Source: the human T2T-CHM13v2.0 reference genome, Homo sapiens
Strand: one strand, 5' to 3'
Length of the DNA: 64,000 nt
Assembly: GCF_009914755.1 (NCBI RefSeq)
Contig: NC_060947.1
Shown: positions 28,467 through 42,859 of the stretch, in pieces
Position numbering within the stretch: the stretch's first letter is position 1
Layout: each line of letters begins with the position of its first letter
Notes under the pieces: generated by a model
What the model saw: only the letters and a program-made list of their open reading frames with translations
What the model was told of the DNA's origin: nothing
Databases searched by the model: none
Position numbers and translations under genes: made by a program

Positions 28467-31400
28467 TAGTACATTCTACCCATACACAAGGGGTCACATA
28501 CACTAGGAGGCAGGAAACTTGGGGGCCATCTAGAATGGCATCTACCACAAAAGAGCCCTATCTTGAGTCTCAACTCCAACAGATAACAGAAAATTTAATC
28601 TAGTCAATTCCACATTTTCCCAGTTACTTCGGGATTGTCTTACTAATTACCAATTATTGTTATCAAGCAATTTAGGATTGTCTCCTTTGCCCCAGCCTAT
28701 CACCTAAATTCTGTGAGACTCTTAAATTCGGAGAGAGAGAGCAAGAGAGAAGAGAATCTGCTTGTTGTCAATGGCAACCTGTCCATGCCAGCATCCACTC
28801 CCAATGTACAATCCCATCCAGCGCTCAGAGATGGCATACCTTCATGCTGTCTTCCAATGTGGTGTCGTCATTCTAACCTGGTTCCTAGCTGCACAGTCCA
28901 TGCCATTTTCTATGTGACATTTTTTGGAGACGTGCTCTCCCTCTCGCTCTCTCTCTCCCCCTCTCCCTCTCCCTCTCTCCCTCTTTCTCTTTCCCTCTTT
29001 CTCTCTCCCTCCCTCTCTTACCTCCTTGGAGGCACGGGAAAATTCAACTGCTTTCCCATGCCACTTTAGTGTCACAGGAAGCTCAGGGGACTGCTCCAGA
29101 CACTTCTGCAGCTAAGATATGTGGATTTGGTGTGAGAGGAGTTCTAGGACTCTGGACCTTCTAGGGTACCATACAGCAAAGGGAGTCCCCTTGCTCTTGG
29201 ACTTCTACCCTACCCCCGCCTTTGAGCCTAACTCCAGGAGGAGGGGACAATGCACACTGGCAAATTGGTATATAGTCCCACACAATGGTAGGATGAGGAT
29301 TCAGGGGAGAATTCAAGATTTGTCTCTCATTCCAGATCCAGGGATCCTTGGATGGGCACCCCTCAAGGGCAGGCTCTGCCCTGTCCATTTACTACTGTAT
29401 CCCAGGGGCTAGTACCTTCGTGGGGTTTCAAGGGCTCGGGATGAGAACCATGATGAGAACTACCTGGATGAGGAAAGGGAGTGTCCCAGGCTGTCCTCAG
29501 CCCAATGCCAGTGAGGGCTCTCTCCCCTGCAGAGTCATAGGGAGGGCCCTGGGCTCTGTAGGCACGTGAAATGGTGTTCCAAGGAGGAGTCTAACGTGGG
29601 CTGTGAATGTTACCCAAATGCGCTGGGCACGGAGGGCACTGTTCCCAGAAGAGACTATCTCAAGGTGCGTGAGGCAACGTGCTAGAACTCTGCTCTCAAT
29701 CTGAACTCTGGAGAGTATAGATGGTCATCCATAGGCATCTAGTTCCGTAGCCAGGTCTGTGCTACCCTGAGGACTAAGGTGCAGCAGTAGCAGCCCTAGG
29801 CTCCCTGGGGTTCCAGAGGAGTGAAAGTGAATGGCAACACAGCCAGAATCTGATTCTGTTTTACTTCCCAGGAAGAAGTGAAGCCGCATGGAGCATGAGG
29901 GGGCAGCCAAGGGGCTGGGCATCACAGAAGCCCTGACATTTGCTGGGCTCCTACCCTGCATCACATACTATATCAAAAACTTTAGGAGCTGAGATATTCT
30001 CTCACAATGGAAGAGGTTAGTCTCAGTCCCGTTTGCCTGTGGACATCTTGCATCGTCCTCTGAACAATCTTTCCCTTCCTTCCTCTTCTTTCCAGTTCTC
30101 GTCCCACCGTCTTCCCTCTCTTCTTTTCTTTTTTTTTCTCCCCTCAAGCCCAAGACTTTCCTGTCATGCCAGGCAATGATTCAGCCACTTCAGTTCTGGG
30201 TGGATGGATAGGCAGGGCTTAGAGCAGGCAACCCTCATGCTGTCAAAGCCAAAAAGTAGAGGAATTATAAAAGCCTCCACCAGGGGTTGCCTAAGCTCTG
30301 GTGTTTTGCCCCCACTACTTTAAAGGCGATTCGTTTAAAACAAAACAAAACGAAAAACAACAACTTACTTTGTAAAGCATAAGCTTAAAATAAGAAAAAC
30401 AGAAGTGCCTAATCAGATCTTTGGAAGTATTGCATTGCACTGTCACTGAGTGATGTATGACTGGCTGTCTTTCTGTTTGGACTGCATTCATCTGAATGGA
30501 GTGGGTACATTGGCTACCGCCTTTTCTCCTGGTTTTCGCTGTTTCTCTTTGATCTAGAAACGATTTATTCTTACTCCCCCAGATTTCTTTATAAAGAGCC
30601 ACAGGGAAGGGAAACAATGATGGCCGTTTGGGAATAAAGGAGGGCTCTCACAGTTGAAGTTTTCTCCATCTGGGCTTGGGTAAGGAGAAGGGCTTCTGGT
30701 CCCTCAGGCCTGTCAGTCATATACCTGGGACCTGTCCCGTGGTCATATAGACCAGACCCTGCACACCTGCAGTCTCAGGTTCTGACAAGCAGATATCTTG
30801 CAAAGCGGAGCCCACAGCTGGAATTCAAGGCAAAGCCCATCCCCTCTTGCCAGCAAGGCAGGAGTGTCCCTTCTGAAGTAAAAGCCAGAGGACAAGATGG
30901 ACTGGGAAACACTGCAAAGACATTGCTCCTCGGCCTTTGGTGACGTTCCTCCAAGGTCCCCTCTCACAGGTGTGTTATGAGACATACCTCAGGCATGAGT
31001 GGACGCATCAACAAAAGGAATAGCTAAACACAGCCTGAAATAGGATGCCTTCAAGGGGACAAACAGAAGTGTAGGAGGAAGGATCTTCAAAGACATGCCA
31101 AATTACCGTGACTCATTACCATGGCCCTCTTAAGATCAGTGCTCGCAAGAAGTCAGTAGTTTATGCCAAACAAGTATAGCAAGAAGAGCAACCTTGCTGG
31201 GTGGGTGAGGAAAATCAGTCCTCTTTTCTATGACATGAGACTAATTATTAAAAGAATTTCAATTTTGTCTTTACCAAGACATGAGTTCCTTATGTACTGC
31301 ATGCTGTCTTCTGCTTTTTATTTGAAGAAATGTGGCATTTGGGAAGCAGCAGATGTCCCCCCTGTGGAATCAATGTGAAATGATATTTTTGTAACATCAT

Positions 31401-31766
31401 TAAAAAGTCTATCAAAATGGGAAATTTCTCTAACACTTTCTAAGGGACCAATAAAAACACTCAGAGGAGGAAGGCTTATCAGCGGAGATTCTTGCTAAAG
31501 GGCAAGTGTATTCACATATGAAACATAGTTTTCAAAGTCCTCAGAGCCCACAGCTGGGATTTCTTTCCATCGAATCTTGGAGCCTAAGCATTGCAGTTAA
31601 ATCCTGGGCAGGAGCAAAGCCTCGAGGCCCCCAGTCTTAACCCTTACTTTGTATCCCAATGCAGAAACCACCAGCTTGCCCCCAGCTGGCTGCCTGGTTC
31701 CCACCTTTCTGATTGATGGTGGCTAAGCAGTCACATGATAGGGCAGTCTAAAGAGTATAAACTCTG

Positions 31767-32085
<319 letters not shown>

Positions 32086-32548
32086 TCAGACAGGCCTGAT
32101 TTCAACCCTAGCTCCTCTGTGACCCTGAGCCACTGCTAAACTTCCCTGGGCCCCATCAGGAAATGTGAATCCCACAAACAGCCAGCAGAGGGACCCACTC
32201 CCAGCCTCCAGAAAGTACTCAATCAACTGGGCCTTTGTGAAGCAGGTTCTGCCTGCCTGGCCAGAGACTAGCCTGTGGAGTTCCAGATCCTAGCCTTCTT
32301 AGCCTGCTTCAGCTCCAGCCCAGATGAGGCAAAGCTGTAGCAATTGCTGGCTCTCCTGAGCCCCACATGGCTTGTATCATGGCTAGTGAACTTCAGAGAG
32401 ATGCATAAGGGCCAGTGAAATATTTTCAGTTCTGAAGCCACAGCCTGTGTCATGTGGGGGTTTTCACCCTGCACTGAGGTGATGCATCTGGCTAGGCTCC
32501 AGGGCTTTGTGAGCATTTTCCTGAGGGCCCCATCTATGGCTACCATCA

Positions 32549-32920
<372 letters not shown>

Positions 32921-35434
32921 TCAAACAAAAGACCCCAACACCAGGATTGTTTTGGTATTCTTTTCCGATAACATCTTTGCGGATCAAATTCATCCCAGAC
33001 TTTTCAACTCATTGAATCCTCACTGCTGCCCGAGGGACTGTGCACTACTTTTCTCTCCAGAGTAGCAATGCACAAACTGAGGCTTGGAGAGGGTCATTGC
33101 TGGCCCAAGGTCTCATAGCCCCTGGCTTCTTAATCACTATGCAACACTGCCACGGGCCAGGGCTCTGGGCTGGGCTGCTAGGCCCTGTGCTTTAAGGGTA
33201 ACCATGATCTGCTCTCATAGGCAACCAGGGCACATGGAAGGTCACAAGGCTGAGAGCAGGGGTGGATAGGCAAGAGAGTTTCCAGAACATAGGCTGTCAG
33301 AAAACCCCAATTTTACATGGGGGAAAAGTACATTTTACAATTCAGGATCCAGATTAGTTCTAAGTTATTACTGTTAGCTACCAAGTCTGAGTGAGTAAGC
33401 CCTGAGCACCACTGTCTAAAGAACTTTATGGCCCTACAATGCTGAGATGTGGGTTCTACCATCCTCATGTTACGTGATGAGAAAGTGGACGTAAGCTGTC
33501 TAAGGTCACACAGCTAGTAAGTGACAAAGGCAGGACTCAAACCCAGTTTCAGCTAGTGAAAAGCCACCTCACTTATCCCCTGTGCTCTACACAGATTTGG
33601 TGAAGAAGGAAACGACAGAACGCGTGACCACAATAAGCACCATGAAGAGACCCTGGGCCATGCACTTGCTATAAGCCAGATCCTGTGCTAACTATTTCAG
33701 TTTTGTGGCCAAGTGGTGTCACCTAGCCATCTTGCCTCCTTAATGTTCACCCAAGTCAGGTGCTAGTCATGATAAGGTCTGCATTCGGACTCCTGTCAGG
33801 GAGAAAAACGGAGACCACAAAAACAAAAGCAAGACTTCCCTTGAAAAGCTGCTTTCAGGCATCTTTCCATCCTGCCAAAAATTAACCACAAACTTCCTAG
33901 GGACAAAGAGAGCTGCCAGCAGAGTAATGTTGAGAAGGCTGCCGCACAGCATCCTGTGACTTCATCTCCTGCAATTAATTGTGTCTCCCACTCGGCACCT
34001 GTGAGGAACATGCTATGATAGTAGCAACTGGGTGTCATGACCACATTTCAAAATTGGACTCTTAAAGCAAGTGACACCCCAGAATTTTGTGGGTGGACCC
34101 AGGCTCTGTGTGATTGCACTGGGAGGCCACACAGAGTGCAGGATTTCCCGACAGAAGACTTTGCGGGCAGATTTCAGTTATCTGAAATGACTGGTGTACA
34201 CACATGCTTGCCAAGGGCTCTTCCTATTTTTTTAGCCCTATGTTCAGCCAATTTCCTCCAAGGAAAACCGTGGATGGAACTAAATGAGATTTCACCCACT
34301 TGGTGCAATTTGGTCAGAGGGTGGAATATCCAGCCATCCAGGTTGACCCGGGGCAGGGCCTCAGTCTCACCTGTCCTGGGAAGGGTGTCCTCATGAGGTC
34401 AAGGCTGGAGAAAAAGCACATATCCAGGAACTCTAGCCCTCTGCAAGGCCTCAACAAATGGTGGCTCTTACTGGTGTTAGTATCACATATGCACAGATAA
34501 TTTTCAGAATCCAGAAAGGGGATGAAGTGTACAGATCAGTAAGTAGCACCTCTCAGAGTCTAGCCAACACATTGACATTTAAGCAGTGAGATGTATGAAT
34601 ATTAATACAAAATATGATAAATGAAGAAAATTCAGTATTTTATAAACAGTTTCGTATCATCCATTTTAGGTTTTACTAGCAAGAGAATTTAGAGCAGGCT
34701 TATGAAAAAGCCTTGCCAGAGCTTTATGGATTAGGGTTTTGTGAATAACAGATCATGGGTATGTATTGCCCTAGGCATCAATTTCCACACAGATCAAAAA
34801 AGAGGCTTCCCGCCTTACAGATTCCTGGTACTGAAATAGCCTTCAATTTTCAAACCTGTCAGTTTACCCAAGTCAGAACTCTCACTGCCTCCCTATTGGC
34901 CTGGAGCCACTACACATATTTGGTTATAACCCATGGATGGAATCTAAGTCCCCAAACAGGCCATATCCTGTAGGACCTTCAGGACTGGAAACCTATGGTC
35001 TCACGGCTCTTCTTCCTTCTCCCCAAGCTGGAGGCTTTTCACTATCTGCCCATTTCCCATCTACAGGCTTTGAGGCTCAGGCCAGCATCCCCACATGCTT
35101 ATTCAAAGGTCATTCCTGGGAAAACAGAAATGTATCTTCACCACTATTAGTAATACTGTGCTTTATAGTTTACAGATCGCTCCCACAGGAATCTCATCTC
35201 CCAGGAGACAGACTGAGAAGTTTCATTACTCCTGCAGGTAGGTGGTTAATATTGTACCCATCTTCTGGATGAGGTAATTATAACTCAGAGAGGTATAGTG
35301 ACTTTCTCAGAGTCACACATCCATTGAGTGATGGAGCCAGGGGTCAATTCCAGGTTTATAACTACAAAGTCTGTGCTTCCTGCCCTGCTTCCCCTGTGGA
35401 GGACAGCAGCCTGACTATCTTTATCTGGGTAGCT

Positions 35435-35441
35435 TTCTCTT

Positions 35442-35508
<67 letters not shown>
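35435..35508 (+). repeat. Compound (CT)n(CA)n microsatellite
   Basis: Directly visible. Confidence 0.95.
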
Positions 35509-35509
<1 letters not shown>

Positions 35510-37868
35510 CTTTCCTTTATAGGACGAAATCTCATAGTTTACCAAAATCTCTAAAGCTCCCTTGCCAGCAATCCCTCAGTGGACTTGAACTGATGGTGCC
35601 AGGTTTGGGTCATGGGGTAGCATAAAAGCAGGCACCTCCATCAAAGCAGAGCCCCTCTTCCGTTTACTCTCTTTCCATCATGAGGATGATTTTATCTCAT
35701 CTGTCAGAGTGACCACTTCCTTTCATGGAGATGGTAGGAGGCAAGTTGCTAAAGAACCTGACAAAGACTTAGAGAAGCCTAGAAACTCAGTCCCAGGGAC
35801 CATCCCTCCTCTACCTCCACACAGACTCACACACACACACCTATACTCACACACACTCCCAACAAATTGGGAGCCTACATCTCCCAGGCAGTTTCCACAG
35901 CAGAGCTGTGCTGAGAGCCCATGTCTCCCAACTCCCAGGACAGGCTCAGACACAGGAGCCAAATTCTTCTTGCAGCCACATAAAGGCTGTGGTGATAAAA
36001 GAGAGATGTTTGGCGAGACACAGCATGAAGCAAATATATCCTTTAACCAAGTTCTGGCCTTACCCTTTGCAGAAAGATATGGAAACAAATAATCATTTGA
36101 CTACAAGAATTGGCCCTGTGGGTTCTAAAGTGGGAAGTGGTGGGAGGAAGCCAAGAACAGGGAAGTGTAACAGTGACACTTGGACCCCTCTTCCCCCCTC
36201 ATAGGTAAAGTACTCTGCCGATTCTGTTTTACCCATGTATCCGTCAAACAGGGGGTGATATCTGAGTCCTCCACCATTTTCTTAAGTGGGCTTGTAAGTG
36301 TCCAAACAGCAGGTGCCTACAGGGCAGGAGACAGCTAGGGACAGGCAGAAGTGTCGAAGCTTGTCCTTGGAGTCTATCCCACTTGGCCCCTAATACATGC
36401 CATGTCAAGCTCTAGTTCTCCTTCCCATTCCAAAAATTCCTTAACCTTTAGACCCTTTTCTTTCTCCTGGCCAAGTCACTTCTCTCCCACCTCTCCCTGC
36501 TTCCCCGAGGTCCGGGCTTATCTAGTCTCTTGCAGGAGCAGTTTCAAGAGCAGGCATCAGAGACTTTTGGTGTTAGGTCAGCAGTTTCCTTCAATCTTTG
36601 TTTTTGTCATAGTGGGGGCTGGAGGCATGATATTCAGGATAAAAGTAAGAGCAACATGTTGGGGGAGAATACACAGTAAAACAACCAGATCAAGTCTTCA
36701 TGTGTGACCCTCCAACAGTCCTCCCACAAGTACAGCTTTGTAACCTCCAGAAAAAGATAGCCTCTTCTATCTTAGGTGTTTTATCCTAAAAAATAGGGGC
36801 TACATAGGCTCAAAGTAAAGGGATGAAGAAAGATCTATCACACAAACAGAAAACAAAAAAACAGCCAGGGTTGTTATTCTAATATTAGATAAAACAGACT
36901 TTAAACCAACAACAGTAAAAAAGGACAAAGAAGGGCGTTATATAATGATAAATGGTTCAATTCAAGAAGACTTAACTATCCTAAATACATATGAACCCAA
37001 CATAGAGCACACAGATTCGTAAAACAAGTACTTCTGGACCTACAAAAAGATTTACACAGCTACACAATAATAGTGGAGGAGTTCAACACCTCACTGACAG
37101 CATTGGACAGATCATTGAGGCAGAAAACTAACAAAGAAATTCTGGACTGAAATTTGACACAAACAATTGGATCTAATAGACATCTACAGAATACTCTATC
37201 CAACAACCATAGAATATCTATTTTTTTCATCTGTACATACGCTAAGATTGATCACGTGATCAGCCATAAAGCAAGTCCCAATACATTCAAAAAAACTGAA
37301 ATCATATGAAGCAGGTTCTTGGACCACAGTGAAACAAAAATAGAAATCAACACCAAGAGAAATTCTCAAAACCACACAATTACCTGGAAACCAAACTTGC
37401 TCCTGAATGACTTTTGTGTAAAAAACAAAATTAAAGCAGAAATCAAAAAAATTACTTTAAATAAATGAAAACAGAGATACAATATACCAAAATCTCTGGG
37501 ATGCAGCAAAAGCAGTGTTAAGAGGAACGTTTATAGCACTAAATGCTTACATCAAGAAAATAGAAAGATCTCAAATTAACAATCTAATATTGCAGCTAGA
37601 TGAACTAGAAAAACAAGAACAAATTAACCCCAAAGCTAGAAGGAAAGAAATAACTAAAATCAGAACAGAACTAAATGTAATTGAGGCTCAAAATCCAGAC
37701 AAAGAATCAATGAAACAAAAAGTTAATTATTTGAAAAGATAAACAAGATTAATAGTCTGCCAGCTAGATTAACAAACAAAAAAAAGAAAAGATTCAAATA
37801 AGTACAATCAGACATAGCAAAGGTGACATTATAACCCACAGAAATACAAAAGATCCTCAGAGACTATT

Positions 37869-37995
37869 CTTTTTTTTTTTTTCAATAGAGACAGGGTCTC
37901 ACTATGTTGCCCAGGCTGGTCTCAAACTCAAGCAATCCACCTGCCTCAGTGTTGCAAAGTGCTGGGATTACAGGCATGAGCCACCGTGCCCAGCT
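37869..37995 (-). mobile_element. FLAM/Alu monomer inside the L1
   Basis: Poly-T plus left-arm consensus; TSD CAGAGA(C/T)TATT. Confidence 0.8.
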
Positions 37996-38225
37996 GTTCA
38001 GAGATTATTAAGAACACCTCGATGAACACAAACTAGGAAATCTAGAGGAAATGGATACATTCCTAGAAACAGAGGAAATGGATAAATTCCTAGGAACAGA
38101 GGAAATGGATAAATTCCTAGAAAAACACAACCTCACAAGATTAAATCAGGAAGAAATTAAAAGCCTACACAGACCATAACAAGTTCTAAAATTGAATTAG
38201 TAATGCAAAAAAACCTGCCAACAAG

Positions 38226-38545
38226 ACTGGGCACAATGACTCACGCCTGTAATCTTAGCACTTTGGGAGGCTGAGGCGGGCAGATAACTTGAGCTCCGGA
38301 GTTCATGACCAGCCTGGGCAACATAGTGAGACCCTGTCTCTACTAAAAAGACAAAAAAAAAAAAAAATAGCCAGGCGTTGTGGTGTACACCTGTAGTCCC
38401 AGCTACTAAGGAGGCTGAAGTGGGAGGATGGCTTGAGCCTGTGGGTCAGAGGTTGCAGTAAGCTGAATTTGCACCACTGTACTCCAGCCTGCGTGACAAA
38501 GAGAGACCCTGTCACAAAACAAACAAACCAAACAAACAAAAAAGA
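38226..38545 (+). mobile_element. AluJ-like element inside the L1
   Basis: Alu consensus with J-type features, (CAAA)n tail. Confidence 0.85.
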
Positions 38546-38746
38546 AAAACACCTACCAACAAAAAAAGTCCTGGACCAAATGGATTCACAGCCAAATTCT
38601 ACCAGACATCCATAAAACAGAGCTGGTATTCATCCTACTAAAACTATTCCAAAAAACTGAGAGAGACTCCTCTTTAACTCATTCTACAAAACCAGCATCA
38701 TCCTGATACCAAAATCTGGCAAAGTCATGACAAGAAAAAAAAAGAA

Positions 38747-38942
38747 GGCCTGGCACAATGGCTCATGCCTGTAATCCCAGCTACTTGGGAGGCTGAGGCA
38801 TGATAATCACCTGAAACCAGGATGCAGAGGTTGCAGTGAACCAAGATTGCACCTTGCGCCACTGCACTCCAGCCTGGGCGACAGAGTAAGACTCTGTCTC
38901 AAAGAAAAAGAAAAGAAAAGAAAAAGAAAAAGAAAAAGAAAA
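38747..38942 (+). mobile_element. Internally deleted Alu with (GAAAAA)n tail
   Basis: Alu 5' end fused directly to the right arm. Confidence 0.8.
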
Positions 38943-39354
38943 CTACAAGCCAATATCCCTGATGAACATAGACACAAATATCCTCAAAAAAAAAATACTA
39001 GCAAACTGAATTCAGCAGCACATCGAAAAGTTAATTGTGCATAATCAAGTAGGCTTTATTCCTGGGATGCAAGATTGGTTCCACATACATGAATCAATAA
39101 CTGTGATTCACCACATAAACAGAAGTAAAAGCAAAAATCATTATCATCTCACCAGATGCAGAAAAAACTTTTGATAAAAATCTAACATCTCTTCATGATG
39201 GGCAAAAGCTGAAAGCATTCCCCTTAAGAACTGGAACAAGACAAGGACGCCCACTCTCACCACTCCTATTCAACATAGTACTGGTAGTCCTAGCCAGCAA
39301 TCAGGCAAGATAAAGAAATAAAAGGCATCTAATTAGGAAAAGAAGGGCTGGAAG

Positions 39355-39699
<345 letters not shown>

Positions 39700-42600
39700 C
39701 TATGCCTAGAAAACCTTAAAGATTCAGCCAAAAGTCACCTAGAACTGAAAATGATTTCAGTAAAGTTTCAGCATACAAAATCAATGTACAAAAATCAGTA
39801 GCATTTTTATACACCAAAAATGTTCGAGCTGGGAGCCAAATCACGAACACAATTCCATTTATAATAGCTGCAAAAAATTAAAATACCTAGGAACACATCT
39901 AACCAAGGAGGTAAAAGATCTCTCCAAGGAGAACTCCAAAACAGTGCTGAAAGAAACTATAGATGACTTAAACAAATGAAAAATCATTCCATGCTCATAG
40001 ATTGGAAGAATCAGTATTATTAAAATATGCATATATCCACATTCTACAGATTCAAAATTATTCCTATCAAAATACCAATGTCATTTTTCACAGAATTAGA
40101 TAAAACTAGCCTAAAATTTGTATGGAACCAAAAGAAAAAAAAAAGTCCAAATAGCCAAAAGAATCCTAAGCAAAAAGAATAAAGCCAGAAGCAACACATT
40201 ATCCAACTTCACGCGATACTACAAGCCTACAGTAACCAAAACAGCATAGTACGAGTACAAAAACAGACACACACACCAATAGAACAGAATAGAGAGCCCA
40301 GGAATAATGAAGCACACCTACAACAAAGTCTTCGACAAAGTCAACAAAAATAAGCAATAATGAAAGGAATTACTACTCAATAAATGGTTCTGGGAAAACT
40401 GGCTAACCACATGCAGAAGAATGAAACTGGACCCTTACCTATCACCTTATACAAAAATTAACTCAAGATGGATTAAAGATTTAAATGTAAGACCTAAAAC
40501 TACAAAAATCCTAGAAGAAAATTCTGGACATCAGCATTGGCAGAGAATTCATGACTAAGTCCTCAAAAGCAATTGCAACACAAACAAAAATTGGCAAGTG
40601 GGACCTAGTTAAACTAAAGAGTTTCTGCACAGCAAAAGAAACTGTCAACAGAGTAAGCAGACAACCTACAGAACAAGAGAAAATACTTACAAAGTATGCA
40701 TCCAAAAATGTCTAATATCCAGAATCTACAAGGAACTAAAATCAACAAGCTAAAAACAACCCCATTAAAAACCAGGCAAAGGACATGAACAGACGCTTCT
40801 CAAAAGACGACATACAAGCGCCAACAAACATGATAAAATGCTCAACATCACATCTGAGAAATGCAGATCAAAACCACAATGAGATACCATCTCACACCAG
40901 TTAGAATGGCTATTATTAAAAAGTCAAAAAACAGCAGATGCTGGTGAGGCTGTGGAGAAAAGAAAACACTTATATACTGTTGGTGGGAGTGTAAATTAGT
41001 GCAGCCACTGTGAAAAGCAGTTTGGAGATTTCTCAAAGAACTTAAAACAGAACTACCATTTAACTCAGCAATCCCATTGCTGGATATATATCCAAAAGAA
41101 AATAAATTGTTCTACCAAAAAGACACATGGACTGGTGTGTTCATTGTAGCACTATTCACAATAGCAAAGAGATGAAATCAACCTAAGCTTCCATCACCGG
41201 TGGACTGGATAAAGAAAATGTGGTGCATCTGTATCACCAGTACTTCACAGCCATAAAAAGATGATATCATGTCCTTTGCAGCAACACGGATGGAGCTGGA
41301 GGCCGTTATCCTAAGCAAATTAACGCAGGATCAGATACCACATGTTCTTGCTTGTAAGTCGGAGCTAAACATTGGGTACACATGGACATAAAGACGGGAA
41401 CAACAGACACTGGGAACCGCAAGAGACGAGAGGGAGGAAGGATGTGGGTTAAAAAACTACCTATTAGGTACTATGCTCACTACCTGGGTGACAGGTTCAA
41501 TCGAACCCCAAACCTCAGCATCATGCAATACACCCTTATAACAAACCCACACATGTACCCCCTAAATCTAAAATATTTATATAAGTTGAATGTTTTTAAA
41601 AAGAATAGGGGCTAGTGGGGCAATGATTGTACAATTATGTGAAGGTACTGAATGCCACCAAACTGGACATTTAAAAATGGTTAAGACGGTGACTTTTATA
41701 TGATATATATTTTAACACAGTTTCAAAAAGAATAGGAGCTGGGGACACTGTCCAAGCTCTGTTCGGTGGTATAACCCCCAGTGCCCCACAGGCACCACAG
41801 CTGCACATGGAGCTATGTGTTATCTTTCCTGGATGCTTCCACCAGCTGAGAATATGTCAGTTTTGAGGCAGATGTGTTTGTTGGAGGACTGGGGGTAGGT
41901 ATCATCTATATGTCTTCTCCCGGCCCTGTCCTGGAGCAGGGGCCCTTATGTAGAAATTGGGTACTTAGCTCTTCTGGCCCTCCCTGCACCCCATGGCATC
42001 CTTGGTGTTCCCCTGGGTCAGGGACTGAGGACAAAGTCATGGATAGGCCTGTTTCTCAGCACTGCAGGTCATCATTCTGTCCTCTGTTCACTGCCTGTCT
42101 CCCTATTCTGACTCACAGCTGGACTCGCACCTTCCATGAAATCAAAGTTAGCTGCTGTTACTTTTTGCTTGGGAACATGTCCTTCCTGCCTCTGCCAATC
42201 TCTTTGACATCTAGGTGCTCAAGGGAAGCTTCCCTTGTAAGATCTCTGAGGAGCCATAGGTTATTTCTGCAGAGTCCCTGAACTGCTCCTGTTCCACCCA
42301 CTCTGGTTCCTTATTTTGTCCCCAACCACACTAACATGGGCAGTGTCTGGGCCTCCAGCTGTCAGCTTATATGTCCTATTCCTCACTCTCCATCCCATAG
42401 CTGTGGCCACCATTGCCTAGCTTGATTTTGGCAGTTTGTCCCTAAGACTAGCAGTCCCCAAGAAAGGTTCCAATACATGTGTCATCTCTATCTTTCACCC
42501 CCGAACTAGAATCAATGGCTGCCAAACATCAAAAGTACGAGGTAAAAATCCAATGGTCTTGTTTCTGGCCCACTGTGGGTATGCAACAGGAAATTCATGT

Positions 42601-42859
42601 GCGCCTTCACTGCTCTTTTTCTCAGGGACATTCTCCCAGCATGTTAGCAAGGCCCAGTTAAATTCCTCAGGGTGAGGGTCCCCTTGGAGAAGGGAGTGAG
42701 TTGGTGTGGATTTCTGTACTCAAGGTAGAGCACTTCCAATAACCAGGAGCTCTGGGCATCCCGCCCCTGATCTGGGCAAATCTGGCATGAAGTCTACACA
42801 CTAAAAATAGCTTTCCCAGCACAGGAAAGCAATGGTAGAGGCTTCCTGATCTGGCTTGC

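Noticed and set aside
38044-38124. Direct repeats resembling a CRISPR array
   Set aside because: Head-to-tail tandem units with no unique spacers, inside a human L1
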